From a virus (Duplodnaviria > Caudoviricetes), in the IMG/VR virus record IMGVR_UViG_3300048998_000133, positions 1-29,185 of that record: 29,185 nt of DNA; one strand, 5' to 3'. Shown here piece after piece: positions 26,797-29,185 of this stretch. The position numbers were made by a program, and so were the translations under genes. Under the pieces are notes generated by a model, which saw nothing but the letters and a program-made list of their open reading frames with translations, did not search any database and was not told the DNA's origin. Positions within the stretch are counted from its first letter, which is position 1. Every line of letters begins with the position of its first letter.

Positions 26797-27189
26797 GTGA
26801 TCAATAAGAAAAGTTGGGCCATTTGGGTGACCGTCAGCGCCGTGATTCTGGGGCTGCTGATCACGGTCGGAGTGCTCGCCGGCAGGTTACACGACCAGCA
26901 GCCGACGCCGGCTCCCACGACCACCGCCCAGGTGATGAGCCTCCAGGAGCGGGTGGACCGGGCGGTGGCAGCCGACGGTGTGCCGCTGGTGCTGCCCTCC
27001 CTCTACCGGGACGCGTACGAGCTGGTGCTTGACGACTGCAACACGATGGCGAGCCTGCCCGCCAACATCACGCCGGCCATCTGGATGTCCAGGCACCTGG
27101 GGAGTGCCTCGGCCCCTGGAGAGGCTCAGGCGCTGGTGGTTGGCATCCCGTTGATGTGCCCGGAGTTCCGGGGCACGGTCGGAGCCTGA
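26797..27189 (+). CDS. Membrane-anchored exported protein, DUF732-like
   Basis: N-terminal TM helix, Pro/Thr linker, two Cys with a terminal 'CPE'; GGAG RBS; TTA at 26887-26889. Confidence 0.65.
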   Translation: MINKKSWAIWVTVSAVILGLLITVGVLAGRLHDQQPTPAPTTTAQVMSLQERVDRAVAADGVPLVLPSLYRDAYELVLDDCNTMASLPANITPAIWMSRHLGSASAPGEAQALVVGIPLMCPEFRGTVGA

Positions 27190-27191
27190 CC

Positions 27192-27425
27192 ATGGCCATC
27201 GAGCACGACTGGGTGGACACCGGCCAGGGTCTGGTGACCTGCGTCTGGTGTCCAGTCCACGTCACGCCGGCTGTCCGTGACCTCGGGCTCGTCCCGGAGT
27301 GCATACCGGACGACCGGTGCGTGGTCGACGGTTCACCTGGCTACCACGAGATCACCACCAACCCCCGGGCACTCGGCACCGCGTTCTGCGTCTGGTGCGG
27401 GGCGACCTGGGAGCCAGCCGCATGA
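27192..27425 (+). CDS. Small Cys/His-rich protein with two CVWC motifs
   Basis: 77 aa from MAIEHDW; GGAG RBS. Confidence 0.7.
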   Translation: MAIEHDWVDTGQGLVTCVWCPVHVTPAVRDLGLVPECIPDDRCVVDGSPGYHEITTNPRALGTAFCVWCGATWEPAA

Positions 27426-27458
27426 CTACCATCCCGGCAAATGACAGAAGGAGCTCCG

Positions 27459-27671
27459 GTGCACAAGCTGACCGCCAACATCCCTGACGACGCCACCCTG
27501 ATCCAGGACGGCGACACCGTGATCGGTGCGGTGTGGCGCGGGGAAGACGGCTCCGGCCCATGGCCGGGTGAAGCGTGGAAATTGGCCACCTTGACGCATG
27601 GCAAGACCGTCAGCGTGCGTCGGACTGAGGCCGAGGCCACCAGCTACGTGAAGGCGACGCACGGCGTCTGA
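27459..27671 (+). CDS. Hypothetical protein (70 aa; alternative start 27441)
   Basis: AAGGAG RBS before GTG 27459; ends before a terminator. Confidence 0.65.
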   Translation: MHKLTANIPDDATLIQDGDTVIGAVWRGEDGSGPWPGEAWKLATLTHGKTVSVRRTEAEATSYVKATHGV

Positions 27672-27672
27672 C

Positions 27673-27719
27673 CAGCACGACACAGCCCCCGGCTCCTGTG
27701 CACCGGGGGCTGCGTGCTG
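27673..27719. terminator. Terminator hairpin between convergent genes
   Basis: CAGCCCCCGG/CCGGGGGCTG stem extended by CAGCACG/CGTGCTG. Confidence 0.75.
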
Positions 27720-27720
27720 T

Positions 27721-27921
27721 TCAGGCCGTGAAGCTGCCGTGCTTCACGGCGTCGGTGAACTTGGCGAACGTGCCCTTGTCCAGCTCAAGCACGCCACCCT
27801 CAGGGTTCTTGCTGTCGCGCACGAAGACCGTTGTCTCCCATGCGAGCTCGACGCAGCTCCCGCCGTTGCTGCCGGAGTACGACGACGTGCGCCATCGCAG
27901 CCGACTCAGGTCCGGGGTCAT
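27721..27921 (-). CDS. DUF397 domain protein (BldB/Scr2-like)
   Basis: 'WRTSSYS....GSCVELA.....VRDSKNP.G..L' signature; GGAGG RBS before ATG 27921. Confidence 0.93.
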   Translation of the reverse strand: MTPDLSRLRWRTSSYSGSNGGSCVELAWETTVFVRDSKNPEGGVLELDKGTFAKFTDAVKHGSFTA

Positions 27922-27942
27922 CGCCCGCACCTCCGATTCTGG

Positions 27943-27961
27943 TCGTCACAGTTGCTGGCTC
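27943..27961 (+). repeat. 19-bp direct repeat copy 1 (TCGTCACAGTTGCTGGCTC), over the DUF5753 gene stop codon
   Basis: Exact match to 28937-28955. Confidence 0.9.
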
Positions 27962-28797
27962 AGCCTACTGAGCAACTTGCGCGAGCTCTCTGCGTTATTC
28001 GCGCTGGTCAGCAGAGCCGGCCACGTCAAGGCGTCGTAGGTCTCGGTTCGGCCGGGCTCGGTGACGAACAAGCCGTCCGTCAAGTTCTCGGTGTACGCGA
28101 CCACCGGACGGTCGGGTGGGGTGAACAGCACGAAGGAGAAACCGGCCGCGACGTGCGCGCCGGTCTTGAAGGTGACCACCTGGATGGTGATGTTCGGCCG
28201 CTTCGACAGCTCGACCAGGTGCTGGAGCTGAGCCTTCATCACCTCCGGTCCGCCGACTTCACGGTGGAGGGCACCTTCGGAGAGCACCATGTGCAGCTCG
28301 GGAGGATTCGCGCCGTTCAGCCGCTGCTGCCGCGCCATTCGAGCCTGGACCAGCCGTGTGACGTCGCCCGGTCGGTGAACCGGATTGGATGAGATCAGCG
28401 CCCGTGCGTAGTCCTCCGTCTGCGCCAAGCCGTGGATGACCTCGGGGTCGTAGGTCCGAATCAGGAGCGCCGTCTCCTCGGTCGGGAAGTACTTCTTCAA
28501 CGCCTCAGGAACGGCCGAGCCCCATGGCGTCGCCGGCCTGCGCCGTCGTGCCTCCTCGCCCAGCTGCACCATCTCGTCCCGCTCGGTGCCCTTGAGCTTG
28601 AAGTGGTCGAGCAGCAACCGCAGTTCAGCGGCGTTCACCGCGACGTCGCCACGGAGGATCCGGTTGACCTTCGACGGCGAGCACTCCAGCAGCTTCTCGA
28701 CCTGGTCCTTGCTGGTCCCGGCAGCCTCCATCAACTCGGCGATGCGCTCACCGAGGCGCTTCTTGTAGTCCGCCGGACCATGGCCGTGCTCCGTCAT
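27946..28797 (-). CDS. XRE-family HTH + DUF5753 regulator (WhiJ/Scr1-like), probably leaderless
   Basis: 283 aa; N-terminal XRE HTH, 'GLAQTEDYARAL', 'R.ARQQRL', 'E.AL.R.VGG..VM..QL.HL'; CAGACT -10-like box 7 nt before the ATG. Confidence 0.93.
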   Translation of the reverse strand: MTEHGHGPADYKKRLGERIAELMEAAGTSKDQVEKLLECSPSKVNRILRGDVAVNAAELRLLLDHFKLKGTERDEMVQLGEEARRRRPATPWGSAVPEALKKYFPTEETALLIRTYDPEVIHGLAQTEDYARALISSNPVHRPGDVTRLVQARMARQQRLNGANPPELHMVLSEGALHREVGGPEVMKAQLQHLVELSKRPNITIQVVTFKTGAHVAAGFSFVLFTPPDRPVVAYTENLTDGLFVTEPGRTETYDALTWPALLTSANNAESSRKLLSRLSQQL

Positions 28798-28804
28798 GCG
28801 GAAC

Positions 28805-28880
28805 AGTCTGCACGATCCGTGAGCGCACGCAGTTCCCCCGGATGGGCGTCTACGCAATCTGCGCACGCAGGTTGTACGGT
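28805..28880. promoter_or_regulatory. Divergent promoter region with GCGCACGCAG direct repeats
   Basis: -10-like CAGACT (minus, 28805-28810) and TACGGT (plus, 28875-28880); repeats at 28823-28832 and 28861-28870. Confidence 0.55.
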
Positions 28881-28919
28881 CAGATGGCTCACGCGGCCAG
28901 CTGGACAGACTGCGGAGCA

Positions 28920-28963
28920 CCCGTCCCGGGCCGACTTCGTCACAGTTGCTGGCTCGGGGCGGG
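28920..28963 (+). ncRNA. Candidate antisense hairpin in the 5' leader, containing copy 2 of the 19-bp repeat (28937-28955)
   Basis: 13-bp stem with two G-U pairs that favour the + strand RNA; loop and 3' arm are complementary to the DUF5753 mRNA stop region. Confidence 0.5.
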
Positions 28964-28984
28964 CCTCATCCCTGGGAGGCGGAC

Positions 28985-29185
28985 ATGGACGTCGAGGTCG
29001 CGGTGACGCTGCTCGTGGGCGGTGCGTGCCTGGTGATCGTGGGCATCGCCGGCCTGGTCGAGCTGATCAGACGACGACGCGAGCGATGGCTGATCGTGTC
29101 CGCCCAGGTAACCGCGGTGAAGAGCCACCGCGCCCACGACGTCGCGGACTCGGAGTGCCCTGACACCTCCGAGTCCGCGATTACC
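28985..29185 (+). CDS. Small membrane protein (MDVEVAVTLLVGG...), open at the window end; 71 aa if the ends are joined
   Basis: GGAGG RBS; one TM helix followed by RRRRER; the frame continues into positions 15-32 to a TAG. Confidence 0.7.
   Translation, partial: MDVEVAVTLLVGGACLVIVGIAGLVELIRRRRERWLIVSAQVTAVKSHRAHDVADSECPDTSESAIT
29142..29180. repeat. 14-bp perfect inverted repeat with 11-nt spacer, overlapping the right terminal repeat
   Basis: TCGCGGACTCGGAG-tgccctgacac-CTCCGAGTCCGCGA. Confidence 0.9.

Larger units (their letters stand above)
1..29185. mobile_element. Temperate siphovirus-like actinobacteriophage genome (prophage or circularly closed contig)
   Basis: Canonical terminase-portal-protease-capsid-tail-tape measure order, replication initiator, tyrosine integrase; near-identical 17-nt ends. 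Confidence 0.93.

Noticed and set aside
27946-28920. Extended 324-aa start for the XRE-DUF5753 gene
   Set aside because: The extension crosses the divergent promoter; ATG 28797 gives the family-typical length and has a -10 box at leaderless spacing
28940-29137. Minus-strand 65-aa ORF ending SQQL like the regulator
   Set aside because: The shared ending is a by-product of the 19-bp repeat; the plus-strand ORF at 28985 has a better RBS and a TM signal

Overview
The window looks like an essentially complete ~29.2 kb temperate siphovirus (prophage or circular phage contig) of a high-GC actinomycete. The XRE-DUF5753/DUF397 locus points to a filamentous host such as Pseudonocardiaceae or Streptomyces (inference). 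The minus strand carries one long late operon: small and large terminase, portal, ClpP-type protease, HK97-fold capsid, head accessory genes including a polysaccharide deacetylase, head-tail genes, two paralogous tail-tube-like genes, a frameshifting tail chaperone, tape measure and tail tip genes. It also carries an HTH replication initiator with internal iterons and a tyrosine integrase flanked by AGCGTCGTGC repeats. The two ends share 16 of 17 nt, and joining them completes an ORF. No endolysin or classic CI/Cro pair is recognisable. The most striking signal is an exact 19-bp repeat: one copy covers the stop codon of the XRE-DUF5753 gene and the other sits in a hairpin in the leader of the divergent transcript, suggesting built-in antisense control of the DUF5753-DUF397 junction. 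Other signals are a perfect 26-bp palindrome inside rep, a run of six inverted repeats before the small terminase, and twin hairpins with related loops after the capsid gene. All family assignments come from motif recognition and gene order, not database searches.
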